A stretch of DNA of 64,000 bases from Candidatus Woesebacteria bacterium (GTDB lineage: Bacteria > Patescibacteriota > Microgenomatia > UBA8517). Below are positions 29,401 through 38,000 of the stretch, piece after piece. Location of the stretch: assembly GCA_963716475.1 (NCBI GenBank), contig OY970314.1, positions 74,479 to 138,478 on the forward strand, read 5' to 3'. A program made the position numbers and the translations under genes. The stretch's first letter is position 1, and each line of letters starts with the position of its first letter. The notes under the pieces are model-generated. The model did not search any database, was not told the DNA's origin, and saw only the letters and a program-made list of their open reading frames with translations.

Positions 29401-31612
29401 TCCAAGTTCAGGAGATTTTAAAACTGTTAAAGCCAAGTGGAGTTTTGAATGGAATAATTATGGTGCAAACAGGATTGATTATCTTTTCTCCGACGGAACC
29501 GATGTCTTCTGGAGCTATCTATACCTCCGCCGTCAGCCGACCAATATAGATGACGCCTCAAATATGGGAGCTCTTCCGGGAGAAGGCAGGCAGGTGGTGA
29601 GAACGTCAAGCGGGTATCTTTACTCTTTTATTGCCGGGAAAATGTGGAAATCAACCGATGGTGGAGCGACCTGGGCTCAAAAAGGTGCGAGTAAATCAGG
29701 CATTTTTAACACTCTAGCAGTGGGGTCGGATGATACATTACATGTCACCTTTGGGACGAGTACTACAGGTATTTTTTATGATACTTTTTCTACGTCTTCT
29801 GAAGCTTTTGCGGGATTAAATCAATCGATACATGCTTATACTGCAGGAGAGTCTATTGAAGATAGTGTGTCGATGGCATTGGATTCGAATGATATACCGC
29901 ATGTAGTTTATATTTATAACAATTCAGGCGCCACGGATACTTTTTTGATTTATGACAGCAAAGTCGGGGGTTCATGGCATACTCACTACTTGGTTTTGGA
30001 AGATAACGCGACGGGAGGCACAACCGATATTTTTAGCCCCGAAATAACGATTAATGAATCTGATTATCCTGAGGTTGTTGAATATAATGCCATGACCGGA
30101 ACGGTTCGAGGCAAGGCGGCAAATGCCAATGCTGCGACGGCGTTTGCGACCTATGTTATAGATGACAGTGTTGTAGGAACGCCGACTATCGGTATTGATT
30201 CGTCAGGAAATACCTGGGTGGCCTACGCAGACTCGGGAGATAAAATATCACTTGCAAAATACTCGGGCACTGATTTCACAGGCTGGTATACCTCGGGAAA
30301 CTGGGCTGTGAATACAAGTAAAACTCAAAAAGGATATAAACCTTCGATCGTAGTTGACGGAACTAATATTCGTGTTTTATATCAGGACGACCAAAACGAT
30401 ATTGTTTATGACACGTTTAACGGAACAAGTTGGAGCGGGGAGACTCTTCTGGAGGAACATGCAGCCCTGCAGGATGTTAAAGCCAGAGGGAGCTTTCTGA
30501 ATAATTATGATTCAACCGGGGTAGCACAGTTGAAATATAATACCTATTATTTTAATACTTACGATGGCGAACTTGGTGATCCGAATGGCGTATGGGGTAA
30601 TGATGCAAGCGCCTTTGATGGAAATACCGGTACCTCTGCCACTTCCGGCGTAAATGGGTCAACATCAAGTAATTATTTAATGGGTACAGGAACCAGTGCG
30701 CCGGCAAGCGGAGAAACGATCAGTAGTGTTCAGGTAAGATTTTATGGTGGTCAAGTTGTTGATTCTAATACAACGGTATATGCGACAGTTTCTTCTGGCG
30801 GAACAGAAATTGGAACAGCTACTATTTTTAAACTCAATGATCCCGCCTGGAGTGGTTTTGTTACTCTTTCTGCGCCCGGGGGAAGCTGGGACTGGTCTGA
30901 GGTGCAGGGATTAAATGTAAAATTATATGCCACAGGCATAGTGACTGGCTCTGTAGCGGTAAGGAAAGTGGAGATACAGGTCAAATCGACAAGTACAACT
31001 TCTCAGGCAGAAGTTGATTATGTGTATTCTGATGGCACGGATGTGTTTTACAACCGCCTGCTTTTAGGCGGTACCAGCTCAATTTCGGGAACCCAGGATC
31101 CGATTGACGACTTGATCCCCGCTGATATATCTAAAAATATCTCAACAGTTGCCGACGGGAGCGGGAATGTCCACATACTTTATATCAAGGACTCCGCTAC
31201 GGATTATGTAGCTTACAAGAAGTGGAACGGGACAAGCTGGGATGTAAGCCCGACGAGTATTGAATCAAACGCCAACGCAGCCTATCTGACACTATCCCGT
31301 GCCTCGGATACGGGAGATCTCTATGCCCTTTGGATTGACACATCCGCCAATACAATCAGAAAAAGTATATTTACCTCAAGCTGGTCCGGTCCTACCGCCT
31401 GGCAGAATCCGGGTGTAACAATCACAAACCTTTCCTCTTCGTATTCTGCATCCGCAGTATTTTCTGAGTGGACAATCGGAGCCCTTGCTCCTTTTGAAAT
31501 AAATGCTGGCGTGCTTAAAGTTCCAGAATATCTGCTTTTATTCCTACCCCTTGCACCGCTTTTGCCGTTTTTATCAAGAGTTAAGAAGAAAAGGGGAGCT
31601 CTGATTAGGTAG
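20474..31612 (+). CDS. giant multi-domain surface protein 2: HTH repeats + GT2 + ectodomain (His/Thr repeats, beta-helix-like, LamG-like, tandem BNR-like modules) + VPE-type sorting tail
   Basis: About 3712 aa from MPFSEAKREK, by analogy with the gene 1 N-terminus MPTKEKIS. GT2 motifs VHLALYNEKNVVERLMKA, IIADDSTDETT, FDADFVP and QRMRWAEGH, plus WFRTPKTGRITD. LamG-like block (…DDLRIYNRLLSGEEVAKLYQ). BNR/Asp-box WKSTDGGATW. Tail VPEYLLLFLPLAPLLPFLSRVKKKRG. Confidence 0.85.
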   Translation: MPFSEAKREKIVLSVLKDNIAVSEVSRNYSVARKTIYSWIKRYKKGSLAPLYTKGRKHPAAVYPKAYSYISRWAVGHPKWGCRTLSKRLNEKGISLSYVQVNRLLNTIGAETYDRRLNYARNFAGPGRTREDVRLEIVKKAVTGKISITTLSENYKVARKTIYKWIAKYRAIGNIKDSYVVGEAHPKAIYPKITQQVLDLVVTNPGYSVRTLAKSFPASSWTIWSILNRNNLNTYNLRLEYSRNISEAAEEKVSTTGVSERIRSVFESFTPNLAPAPPPGKRKIFNFFIISVFLLSISLAIFYWGSVIVHAPNIAGSIGMIFAGVSLSLGMFFFLYSLKYYISTAIVLSYSQKEGLDASRVSATGLNSDLSNIHLERHPYVSVHLALYNEKNVVERLMKAATSFDYDNYEVIIADDSTDETTDKIREFLKTFLPKGESLRQTKGDGWAMTEVDIRSGVVFKHVHRTTRMGYKGGALKLALSLTDPKAEFVSVFDADFVPYPDSLMLFLKYFKLQNNGSEDYKTSNTASVQGYQWHVLNKSENWITRGVRSEYAGSYVIERAGTEIYKGLKQISGSVYMIRRDVLEGIGWGTSITEDFELTLKLYEKGYKVVYTPYIQAPAECVSTLRRLVRQRMRWAEGHSFNVKKMFAKLMFSPKLSSAEKFETVYLAPYYLQALFFLIGTLSWFISETILPARLPFWTELWGWSLVLTNMISLPLLNTVGLFLEESDRKDYSGIPSFIALSYIVVPFQAYAAVKGFLEKEEGPWFRTPKTGRITDVFKRGKFYKFISGILPGKAAGSATSYDLSPYLALTSANNRFSSFSIQTRKGRRWVGKLMLTSMLIISNLLLSFSPYIESRDGNSQPPPGTGILMDGSTKGSGGKVNLTPEQQQSLDKSIKANNQKTSFKLVSDVSAAEISGGSEVNTSFDVKKKDLELSGGNTTFTTDENPQFTLKQNDGFWEFIKNIFIKEKPLKDQVVVTVLDLKGKEVGSPQVVEGGIDDLSINLDKTTLTPGGYTLEIKSGSSPVITQDFSWGVLAINTNKSVYSPGEDASISMGVLNEVGETLCSAGLTLDITDTAGTVTALTTKEGTIKVSDECSLKGFSLKPDYEAAYKTTVAGKYSMVLTAETLNGKYVIKGWFEAKDSVDFDVETITASRINPVYEYPVIFIVKAGKDYNGIVEEKVPAGFEISKLNDLKLNNYLDSKGESTASGKLQETLVNDGSQEAGQKTLRWIVDWKKDQTYVLAYAFKAPMVSPEFYLLGPLWIGAYEGAGGWQIAADKVPAGIIVGWPSTVASIPNHWSRVSGAALDGYFLRSVTATDPSGTPGGNASHTHSPASHTHSVPVHTHTVPAFAQSTNTSATTGNSTGSARDTHTHAAFSSGNSNVTVNNAQTVPFAGLSNDPDNSTVIWIQSDGDPSTEIPVGSYVYFDSNTMPGANWGRVKGNYFLKGAATGLGGGTDTVTGSATHTHAASADHTHTEAAHTHSGSSAGGSLAVSSTGTGSYSPSGHTHTVTSSSVAATEGGASVTPTVGVAAPSGEPPWYKLNIISKSTGANETPLNVIAMWTGTLATIPDGWVICDGTNGTPNLGTNFIKGANADGELNTTGGSLTHTHGAGNTHTHTINAHVHTWTVGAASGTGVGLTGNGRSAVVSTHTHTLSAAQTSSGGGSTGTATITADSQSNLPLYKEVAYIMYIGKTVAGKAYSDEATSIWAGCDNSTARISLVVNGGTASTTSCSSSDGSFSFKNVTHATDNPISVFFNTAGSNADKGVAVTIANDATTPITLNPRKNIVWMRSEKATPTITNSNLAHCYASTPASCANVPYSASGANITLTTGVELHVESSMTYDPGGTTATTGTGSLHVDDNAVAYLDTTGNTIANNILVDAGATIHIDASTAVNGGNITVTGNGIVSSAAGTVTMGASGTIGGGSTGSTFQLTDLVVSSGTTTLGTDADNILDFTGDINVSAGAVLAMNNKTANVDGGNLTTTSTGSVTCSGCTTGGLTISGVGTTNGIGGGGGAITLYNLTLDGSTNTTTVGSSAITVTNDVTIGTGRTLSGAASGTIYVGHNWANSGTYNANSGTINLNAAADTVQQITGATTFYNLYVATGDRIIKFGSSTAFTIDTGGTFTATGDSCSALVVIRSTTSGSAATITKTGSVSFSYIDIQDINFSASASASNSVDSGNNSSIVIAANSCLGASTNNQAATGHSFQRKVFYDSGNNVYWGFYHDGTQIEVRYSSNSGSTWNVENDHLVQNTNDFSVWDQTISSYYVFLAAKSSDSIVLRRGTITSGAISWDSETTPVTAFTGTGSGDSYSYPYISADSSGNLWVGARYFNGSSYVYKAVKSNNAGSATWTNAAFTWGDPSQISNDQADPNVFGNVVSIGSLNMYATFVVGTTIKGCKYTNSPPAWKNSAGTDSCVTTEGSGGGESTYFDSLSTGLVAYWKMNETSWTGASNEVVDSSGNGNNGTRVGDATTTAAGFYRSGTFDGTGDRVSVPDKTDWTLSSGIDLTYSTWINYTVLPGSTNWPGIVEGGDDMYGFQMNGPTTGNIVVDWWDGTVDHTSSSQAVSVGTWYHVVITLDFGVTNGSHWYFNGRDLGTFTAQDRSVNPDALYIGGSVTNPVSNNAVNGKIDDLRIYNRLLSGEEVAKLYQYAPDRVNIDDASDFNAPSGRQVVRAKNGDLYTFVNDAGTCGVWKSTDGASWSEQDSTHHKTCMSYSGVSIAIDSTDKLHLLYASGSNTLQYDTFTAGAFSILNENIYNDVGGNGLGGFDIAVDANNIPHVVYVYIDTFTDNQLGYDNRVGGAWNGSDANPDTDSVGLLSPTIEINETGYPEVSYIKASTGVLVAKAGNGNDPNLWAGYSIDTSVNVTGGQGGASIAVDTLTGNTWIAYVDGDNDISLAKYSGTDYSGWETAGNWATVTSKSDDGYDPSIAITGPSDIYVFYQDDGVADNGTNKRISYDIYDSIGEDWAGEVPLQTPSSGDFKTVKAKWSFEWNNYGANRIDYLFSDGTDVFWSYLYLRRQPTNIDDASNMGALPGEGRQVVRTSSGYLYSFIAGKMWKSTDGGATWAQKGASKSGIFNTLAVGSDDTLHVTFGTSTTGIFYDTFSTSSEAFAGLNQSIHAYTAGESIEDSVSMALDSNDIPHVVYIYNNSGATDTFLIYDSKVGGSWHTHYLVLEDNATGGTTDIFSPEITINESDYPEVVEYNAMTGTVRGKAANANAATAFATYVIDDSVVGTPTIGIDSSGNTWVAYADSGDKISLAKYSGTDFTGWYTSGNWAVNTSKTQKGYKPSIVVDGTNIRVLYQDDQNDIVYDTFNGTSWSGETLLEEHAALQDVKARGSFLNNYDSTGVAQLKYNTYYFNTYDGELGDPNGVWGNDASAFDGNTGTSATSGVNGSTSSNYLMGTGTSAPASGETISSVQVRFYGGQVVDSNTTVYATVSSGGTEIGTATIFKLNDPAWSGFVTLSAPGGSWDWSEVQGLNVKLYATGIVTGSVAVRKVEIQVKSTSTTSQAEVDYVYSDGTDVFYNRLLLGGTSSISGTQDPIDDLIPADISKNISTVADGSGNVHILYIKDSATDYVAYKKWNGTSWDVSPTSIESNANAAYLTLSRASDTGDLYALWIDTSANTIRKSIFTSSWSGPTAWQNPGVTITNLSSSYSASAVFSEWTIGALAPFEINAGVLKVPEYLLLFLPLAPLLPFLSRVKKKRGALIR
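28442..30560 (+). repeat. intragenic tandem duplication of an about 370-aa BNR/Asp-box-containing module within giant gene 2
   Basis: Module A starts VNIDDASDFNAPSGRQVVRAKNGDLYTF…; module B starts TNIDDASNMGALPGEGRQVVRTSSGYLYSF…. Shared blocks: NIPHVVYVY/DIPHVVYIY, ISLAKYSGTDYSGW/ISLAKYSGTDFTGW, YVFYQDD/RVLYQDD. A third degenerate copy lies near 31080. Confidence 0.7.
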
Positions 31613-31624
31613 TACAATGACATA

Positions 31625-33550
31625 ATGAAAAGAAAATTTAATTTAAATGTTATCGGTAAGATATTTCTTTTGGCTTCGTTTCTAATACCTTTTGTTATTT
31701 ACCTTAAGACGCTTTGCCCGACGCTTTCCTCCTATGCTGATGCGGGAGAGTTCCCGACCTTTGCTTATATAAGCGGTTTTGCCCATCCTCCTGGGTACCC
31801 CCTGTATATTCTGATACTCAAGTTGTTCCTTTTATTGCCGGTCGCGGGGAGTGTTGCCATGAAAGCCAATTTGGCATCGGCATTTATCTCCGCGGCTTGC
31901 GTCGCCCTTACCTATCTTTGGCTGAGAAGACTAAAATTGGAAGAGGGCGTTGCCTTCACAACCTCGCAAATACTGGCCTTTACACCGATTTTTTGGAGAA
32001 ACGCGTTGATTTCCGAGGTCTTCGGTCTTCTGACGTTATTTATTGTTTTAACCAATTACATGTATCTAAGATGGACCGAGACGGGGGAGAAGAGGGACTT
32101 TTATCTTTTTCTTTTCTTTTGCGGTCTTGGCCTTTCCCATCACCAGCTTTTGATGATAGCTCTTGTTCCGCTTTTAGTGCATTTCATTATTACCAAGAAA
32201 TGGAAATTGATTAATTATAAAAATGTAATAATCGGAATAGCTCTGTTTTTGATTGGGTTCTTACCGTATTTATATATATTGTTATATTCTGCACCGCGTT
32301 GGCCTCTAATGAACTGGAACAACCCCAGCAGTTTGGTAGGTCTTAAGGAATTGATCACCCGTTCGACTTATGGCACTTTTACACTGACGAATCAGTATCA
32401 GGCGTCCGATTTAAAGGTACAGGCCTGGGGGATATTAAAGTTGATTTATAGTAATTATTCGCTTTTTGGAATCGTACTTTTTCCTTTCGGATTAATTTAC
32501 CTCCTTCTAAAAAAGAAGTGGGGCATGACCGCAACCAGCCTCTTTGTAATAATTGCTATTTTTCTTTTCTCCCTCTATTCGGGTATGCCGGTTTTGCAGA
32601 ACAGCCAAATACAATATCTGGAGCGTTTTCAACTTGCAAGCACGGCCTTTATGATTCTTATCATTGCCTTTGGAATTTCCTTTTTCAGGGACCTTGTTTT
32701 TTCCATTAAGCCTCTGAGAGTTCCGGTGCTAATTTTGTTCATGCTGATTCCGGCCGGCCTTGTCTATACAAATTACGCAAAAGTGGATCAAAGTAAAAAT
32801 TACTTTGCAGATAACCTTGCGGATGATATTTTTGCTTCCATCCCTAAAGACAGCATTTTTTTGATGGAGGGGGACAATGTCATTAATGATGTTTTTTATA
32901 ACCGCTACGTTTTGGGACAAAGGAAAGACATCATTTTTATCATAGGCGGACTTATGGACGCCCAGAGTCCCTGGTACCTACAGGAACTGAGGCGTTTTTA
33001 TCCGGACCTGGTTCTGCCTGAAGTTACCGACGACAGAACAGACTACTTAGACGCTTTCCTGGCAGAAAATTCGATAAAAAGGCAAATAATCTTGTATTTA
33101 CCCTCGCTTGAAAACGATTTGGGAATATACATCAATAAAGTAAATAGGGGAATTGTCTGGAAATTTGTCAGGGAGGATGAAGAAGTTTATCTGGGTGATG
33201 TTCAGGATGAAATCCTTGCGCTCACCGGTAGCTACAAAAACCTGAAAGGGAGATTAAATTATACGCTCGATTCTCCCGAATACGCTTTATTGAACCTTTA
33301 TACCCAACCTTATATTTATCTGGCTCAGATGAACGATGACGATCCTGTCTTATCAGAAGAGTACTATAAAAAGGCATTGGCAATTACGCCGGATAATTAT
33401 CAGGCTTTGACCGAGATGGGTGATGACTACTTGATGTATGGGGAGTATGAGAAAGCGGTCGCAAGCTGGAAGCAAGCTCTGAATTATATTTACGATAGTG
33501 ATTTGAGGGATGAAGTTTTGGCAAAAATAGACGAATACCAAAACCAGTAA
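31625..33550 (+). CDS. DUF2723/TMTC-like GT-C membrane glycosyltransferase with C-terminal TPR
   Basis: 641 aa. N-terminal signature …YADAGEFPTFAYISGFAHPPGYPLY… (HPPGYPL hallmark of DUF2723 O-mannosyltransferase-like proteins). About 11 TM. C-terminal TPR-like YYKKALAITPDNYQALTEMGDDYLMYGEYEKAVASWKQAL. Confidence 0.7.
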   Translation: MKRKFNLNVIGKIFLLASFLIPFVIYLKTLCPTLSSYADAGEFPTFAYISGFAHPPGYPLYILILKLFLLLPVAGSVAMKANLASAFISAACVALTYLWLRRLKLEEGVAFTTSQILAFTPIFWRNALISEVFGLLTLFIVLTNYMYLRWTETGEKRDFYLFLFFCGLGLSHHQLLMIALVPLLVHFIITKKWKLINYKNVIIGIALFLIGFLPYLYILLYSAPRWPLMNWNNPSSLVGLKELITRSTYGTFTLTNQYQASDLKVQAWGILKLIYSNYSLFGIVLFPFGLIYLLLKKKWGMTATSLFVIIAIFLFSLYSGMPVLQNSQIQYLERFQLASTAFMILIIAFGISFFRDLVFSIKPLRVPVLILFMLIPAGLVYTNYAKVDQSKNYFADNLADDIFASIPKDSIFLMEGDNVINDVFYNRYVLGQRKDIIFIIGGLMDAQSPWYLQELRRFYPDLVLPEVTDDRTDYLDAFLAENSIKRQIILYLPSLENDLGIYINKVNRGIVWKFVREDEEVYLGDVQDEILALTGSYKNLKGRLNYTLDSPEYALLNLYTQPYIYLAQMNDDDPVLSEEYYKKALAITPDNYQALTEMGDDYLMYGEYEKAVASWKQALNYIYDSDLRDEVLAKIDEYQNQ

Positions 33551-33554
33551 GAAA

Positions 33555-34127
33555 ATGAATCAAAAAGCGCTTTTTAAACAAATACTGGCAACCCTTGTAA
33601 TTATATTGGCAGTTTTACCTGTGATTGTGACTTTTTCGGCAGTTTTGACTTCATTTTTCGAAAAAATTAAGCTTTATGTGTGGCTTCAGGATCTGGCTGT
33701 TCCTTTTGAAAGCAGACTGGTTGCGGTTCTAATCCAACTCTTTGGAATCAAAGGAATTATAACCCCCGGCAGCAGTTTTGCCATGGTTTTGCGGACATCC
33801 TCGGGGACTTTTACCCCGGTTGCATTGGAATGGAACTGTTTGGGCTGGCAAAGCCTGATTCTATTGGGTCTTACCCTAATAACAGGCCTCAGGGGAGCTT
33901 ACACGGGTTTAAGTAAAGCCCAGGTTGTTCTTTTCGGAATACTCGGAACTTTTTTATCAAATCTATTCAGGATGGCTTTTATTGTCATTCTGGCTTTTTA
34001 TTGGAATTCATTTGCAGCTATGATTATCCATGATTATTTTGCCAGTTTTGTCGCTATCATCTGGATGTTATTTTTCTGGTGGTTCTCCTACAGGTATATT
34101 TTGGAGGAAAAACCTGCGGGAAACTAA
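33555..34127 (+). CDS. mini exosortase/archaeosortase-like polytopic membrane protein (cassette 2)
   Basis: 190 aa. WNCLGWQ, NLFRMAF and IIHDYF motifs. Paralogue of 19275-19838 and 41283-41888. Confidence 0.7.
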   Translation: MNQKALFKQILATLVIILAVLPVIVTFSAVLTSFFEKIKLYVWLQDLAVPFESRLVAVLIQLFGIKGIITPGSSFAMVLRTSSGTFTPVALEWNCLGWQSLILLGLTLITGLRGAYTGLSKAQVVLFGILGTFLSNLFRMAFIVILAFYWNSFAAMIIHDYFASFVAIIWMLFFWWFSYRYILEEKPAGN

Positions 34128-34435
34128 ACCAATTTTTGCAATTTGAAATCGGGGAAGAGACGCTTTTTAATCAGGATGTCGCTTTCCTCGCCTATTTTAA
34201 TCGCTTCCAGTAAATTCTTCACCCCAGCCAAATTGATGCCCTTATTTTGCGTTAGGTAGCGTACAAATTGGAGTTTATTGATATCCTCAATGGAGAATAG
34301 TCTTCTTTTGGACTCGGATCGGTAGGGAGTAATGAGCCCGAGACTTTCGTAAAGCATAATTGTCCGTGGATGAACTTTCAAAAGTCTCGCAGCTATGGAT
34401 ATAGGCAGAATTGGACTCTCACTAAGCTCAGTCAT
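34124..34435 (-). CDS. MerR-family (HspR-like) transcriptional regulator
   Basis: 103 aa. MerR HTH (…ISIAARLLKVHPRTIMLYESLGLITPYRSESKRRLFSIEDINKLQFVRYL…). Confidence 0.75.
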   Translation of the reverse strand: MTELSESPILPISIAARLLKVHPRTIMLYESLGLITPYRSESKRRLFSIEDINKLQFVRYLTQNKGINLAGVKNLLEAIKIGEESDILIKKRLFPDFKLQKLV

Positions 34436-35012
34436 ATTAATATGATAATAATTAAGTATATTAACCTGAAGATAATACTGTCAAGAGGAAAAAGAAATAA
34501 AATCTATTGTCGATTTTTTATTATAGCCAATACGTTCGATAATTTGATAGGATTAGGGTTCTAATAAAGTATTTACTCAATCGTGAAAAGCTATCAAAGA
34601 AAATAGCAACAACCCTTATAGAACATAATAATACCTATATATATGTATCCTGATCAATATTTTTCAATAATTACCATAAACATATAGGAGAATAACAGAT
34701 GCCGGACGGGCAGAAAGGTTAACATTTGAGGCTGATTTCGGAGTAATAAAATGACTCATATAGCCAGTTCTCTTATAACCAATCGTTATATTTCGAGATA
34801 TTAGTTTAGAAATATCTATATCCTCTAGTAACATAGCTATATTTGAATTGGAAAATATGAGATTTAAACCGTTATTATCAACAGTATTTTAACCCATAGC
34901 CTCTTAAATGAGGATACTATTGACCATTGACAGATGTTACCCACAAGGTGTTAACATAATATATTAGCATCGTTTTCACGGGATTTAGAAACTAATGTGT
35001 TAACACCCTGCC

Positions 35013-38000
35013 ATGACACCTAAGTTATCAAAAGAGGGCCGTTTAAAGCTCATTGAACGCGTTGAAAAAGGCGAATCTGTCGCCAAGCTTTGCGCTGAAG
35101 CAGGAATTTCCCGGGTTCTTTTCTATAGATGGTATAAAAAGTATAAAAAGGGAGGTTTAATTGGCCTTAAACCTGGAGAAGCAGGCAGGCCGCAAACGTT
35201 TCACGCGCCTGAAAAGGGCAGGGTATACACAATTCTTTCACCAAAGGCCAGGAGTTTGATGGTCAAGGAAGTAGTAGAGCAGAATCAGGACGCAACAGAA
35301 GTCGCCGGACGCTATAACGTAAGCCGCGTCACACTATATAAATGGATAGACAGATATAAGGCTGATTTGGCAAAAGGTGTGGAACCGGATATGACCTCAA
35401 GAAAACCGTATGTGGAAAGGTATTTCAGGCAGGTTCCGGAGAAACACGAGCAGGCGGTTTTACAAATAGTAGAACAGCACCCTGAATGGGGTATTAGGAA
35501 AATTGTAGCCAATTTGCCGCAAGTTGCCGGAATCCCCATTATTGGACACCACGGTGTCCAAAACATACTTAACAGGCATAATCTGTCTACTTATGAGGTG
35601 CGCCTTGCCTACGCCAGATCCCGTGTTACTCCTATTACCCAGGGTATTGGTGGGGTACTGGAAAAAGTTACGGAGTTTTTCCAAATTGCTCCCGAAAAAA
35701 GGAAATCCTTTATCAAAAACTTCACCCGCATAAGTTTTGGGCTTTTTTCGCTGGTTGTAGTTCTCGGAGTTGTCAGTTACATTGCACGTTCCTTCTCGCA
35801 GGAGGCAGGAGCTTCACCACTGGGCTTAGGGTTTGCTTTTATAGCCCTTCTAATGGGCACAATATTCCTGTTCTATTCGTTTAAATACTATTTCAGCATT
35901 GCCATGGTGCTTTCATTTTCCCAGAATGAAAGTGGAAGTATTAGAAAGAGGGGGATTGGACTTACTCCAGACCTTTCGCATATAAAGCTTCTGAAAAGAC
36001 CGTATGTTTCGGTGCACATACCTTTTTATAACGAAAAGTATGTAGTTGAGCGTGCCATGGAGGCAGCATCGGGTTTTGATTATCCGGAGTATGAAGTGAT
36101 TCTTTGTGATGATTCTACTGATGAAACAACCAAAATAATCAGTAATTACCTGCATGCTAATGGAAAGAGCATTCAGAAGAAATCTGGAAACGGTTGGGAG
36201 CTTCAATGGACCGAAATAAAACCCGGAGTTACTTTTAAGCATCTTCACAGAACCAGCCGTGGCGGTTACAAAGGAGGAGCATTAAACCTGGCACTAAAAC
36301 TTACCGATCCCAGAACAGAATATGTATCAATTTTTGATGCGGACTTCGTGCCTTACCCGGATACATTGGAACTGTTCCTTAAGTATTTTCAGGTTGAAGG
36401 CAATAGGCCGGAAATCGCCGCGGTTCAGGGATATCAGTGGCACGTACTCAATAAATCCGAAAACTGGATTACCAGGGGAGTCAGAAGCGAATATGCGGGT
36501 TCCTATGTCATAGAAAGGGCAGGAACTGAGATCTACGGTGGTTTAAAGCAGATCTCCGGTTCGGTTTATATGATTAAGAAAGATGTCTTGCAGCAAATCG
36601 ACTGGGGGACTTCTATTACCGAGGATTTTGAACTAACCCTTCGGCTCTACGCTCAGGGCTACAAAGTTCTTTACACTCCCTATATACAGGCTCCGGCGGA
36701 GTGTGTTTCCACAATTAGGCGCTTGGTGCGTCAAAGAATGCGCTGGGCTGAGGGACACTCTGCCAATGTCAGAAAGATGTTCTTGAGGCTTATGAGAAGT
36801 CCCAAGCTTAATGCTACAGAAAAATTTGAATTTGTATATCTTTCACCCTACTACCTCCAGGCATTTTTCTTTTTGGTTGGGACTGTTTGCTGGTTTCTTT
36901 CTGAGGCCGTTTTTAAGGCAAGACTTCCTTTTTGGACTGAGCTTTGGGGTTGGAGTTTGGTATTAACCAACATGATTTCTCTCCCGCTTTTAAACGCGGT
37001 TGGAATGTTTCTCGAGGAAAGTGGGGAAAGGGATTACCTGGGCTTGGCATCATTTGCGGCTTTAAGCTATATCCTGGTGCCTTTCCAGGCATACGCTTCC
37101 GTTAAAGGATTTTTGGAGGATAAAGAAGGCCCCTGGTTTAGAACCCCAAAGACAGGCAGGATCACAGATATATTCAAAAGAGGTAAGTTTTACAGGTTTA
37201 TTTCCGGAATTTTGCCGGGGAAAGCCTCCGAGCCGGCTTCCGCTACCGGAAAACTTCTGCCGGGAGAAGCCCATGACATTGAGGCCAATTATTATTTGAA
37301 CTTAAACTCTGCCAATAATACCTTCAGCAACTTTAAAATTAAATCCAAAAAGGCTTATTGGATTGGGAATGCCGTAATCGGTATTACTGTTGCACTCAGC
37401 GGCTTACTTGTTTATTCCGGTTCGTTGATAAGCAAAGGAACTCTAATGGATTTACCGATTTCAACACGTGTTATTTCCGAAAGCCGTCCCAAGACGTTTC
37501 TTTCCAGACTGGAAATGTTTAAAGTCAAGGAGGTAATGGCCAATACCCTGCCACTACGAAAATCACTTCTGGCTCACGGAGAAAAAACATTGCCCCAACT
37601 CCTGGGAATATGGCCGATATTTATTTTTGCGCTTTTTGTCGCCCTACTTATTATCCTATTTATTAAGAGACGAAGTTTATTCAAGAAGGTGGTTTCGGTT
37701 GGTTTAATTATCTCGCTTGTCGCAAGTTGGCTTTTGTCCGGCTGGCCGGCCATTTGGAATTACCCGAGAATCCCGCCAAAGATCCGGGAAGCAAAGGCTG
37801 CGTTTGACGAGAGAACGGAAACAAACGTACAAGGAGCAAGCCTGAGTAGTCCTTATCAGGCCACTCTTGCTGTTCCTACCGGTACAACTAACGGAGACAT
37901 AATGTTCACTTGGATCGGTTCATATAGTGCTACCGTAACGACCAATGCTGCCTGGACTTTGATTGGAAGCAATACTACTAACAGTGATAAATATTACCTG

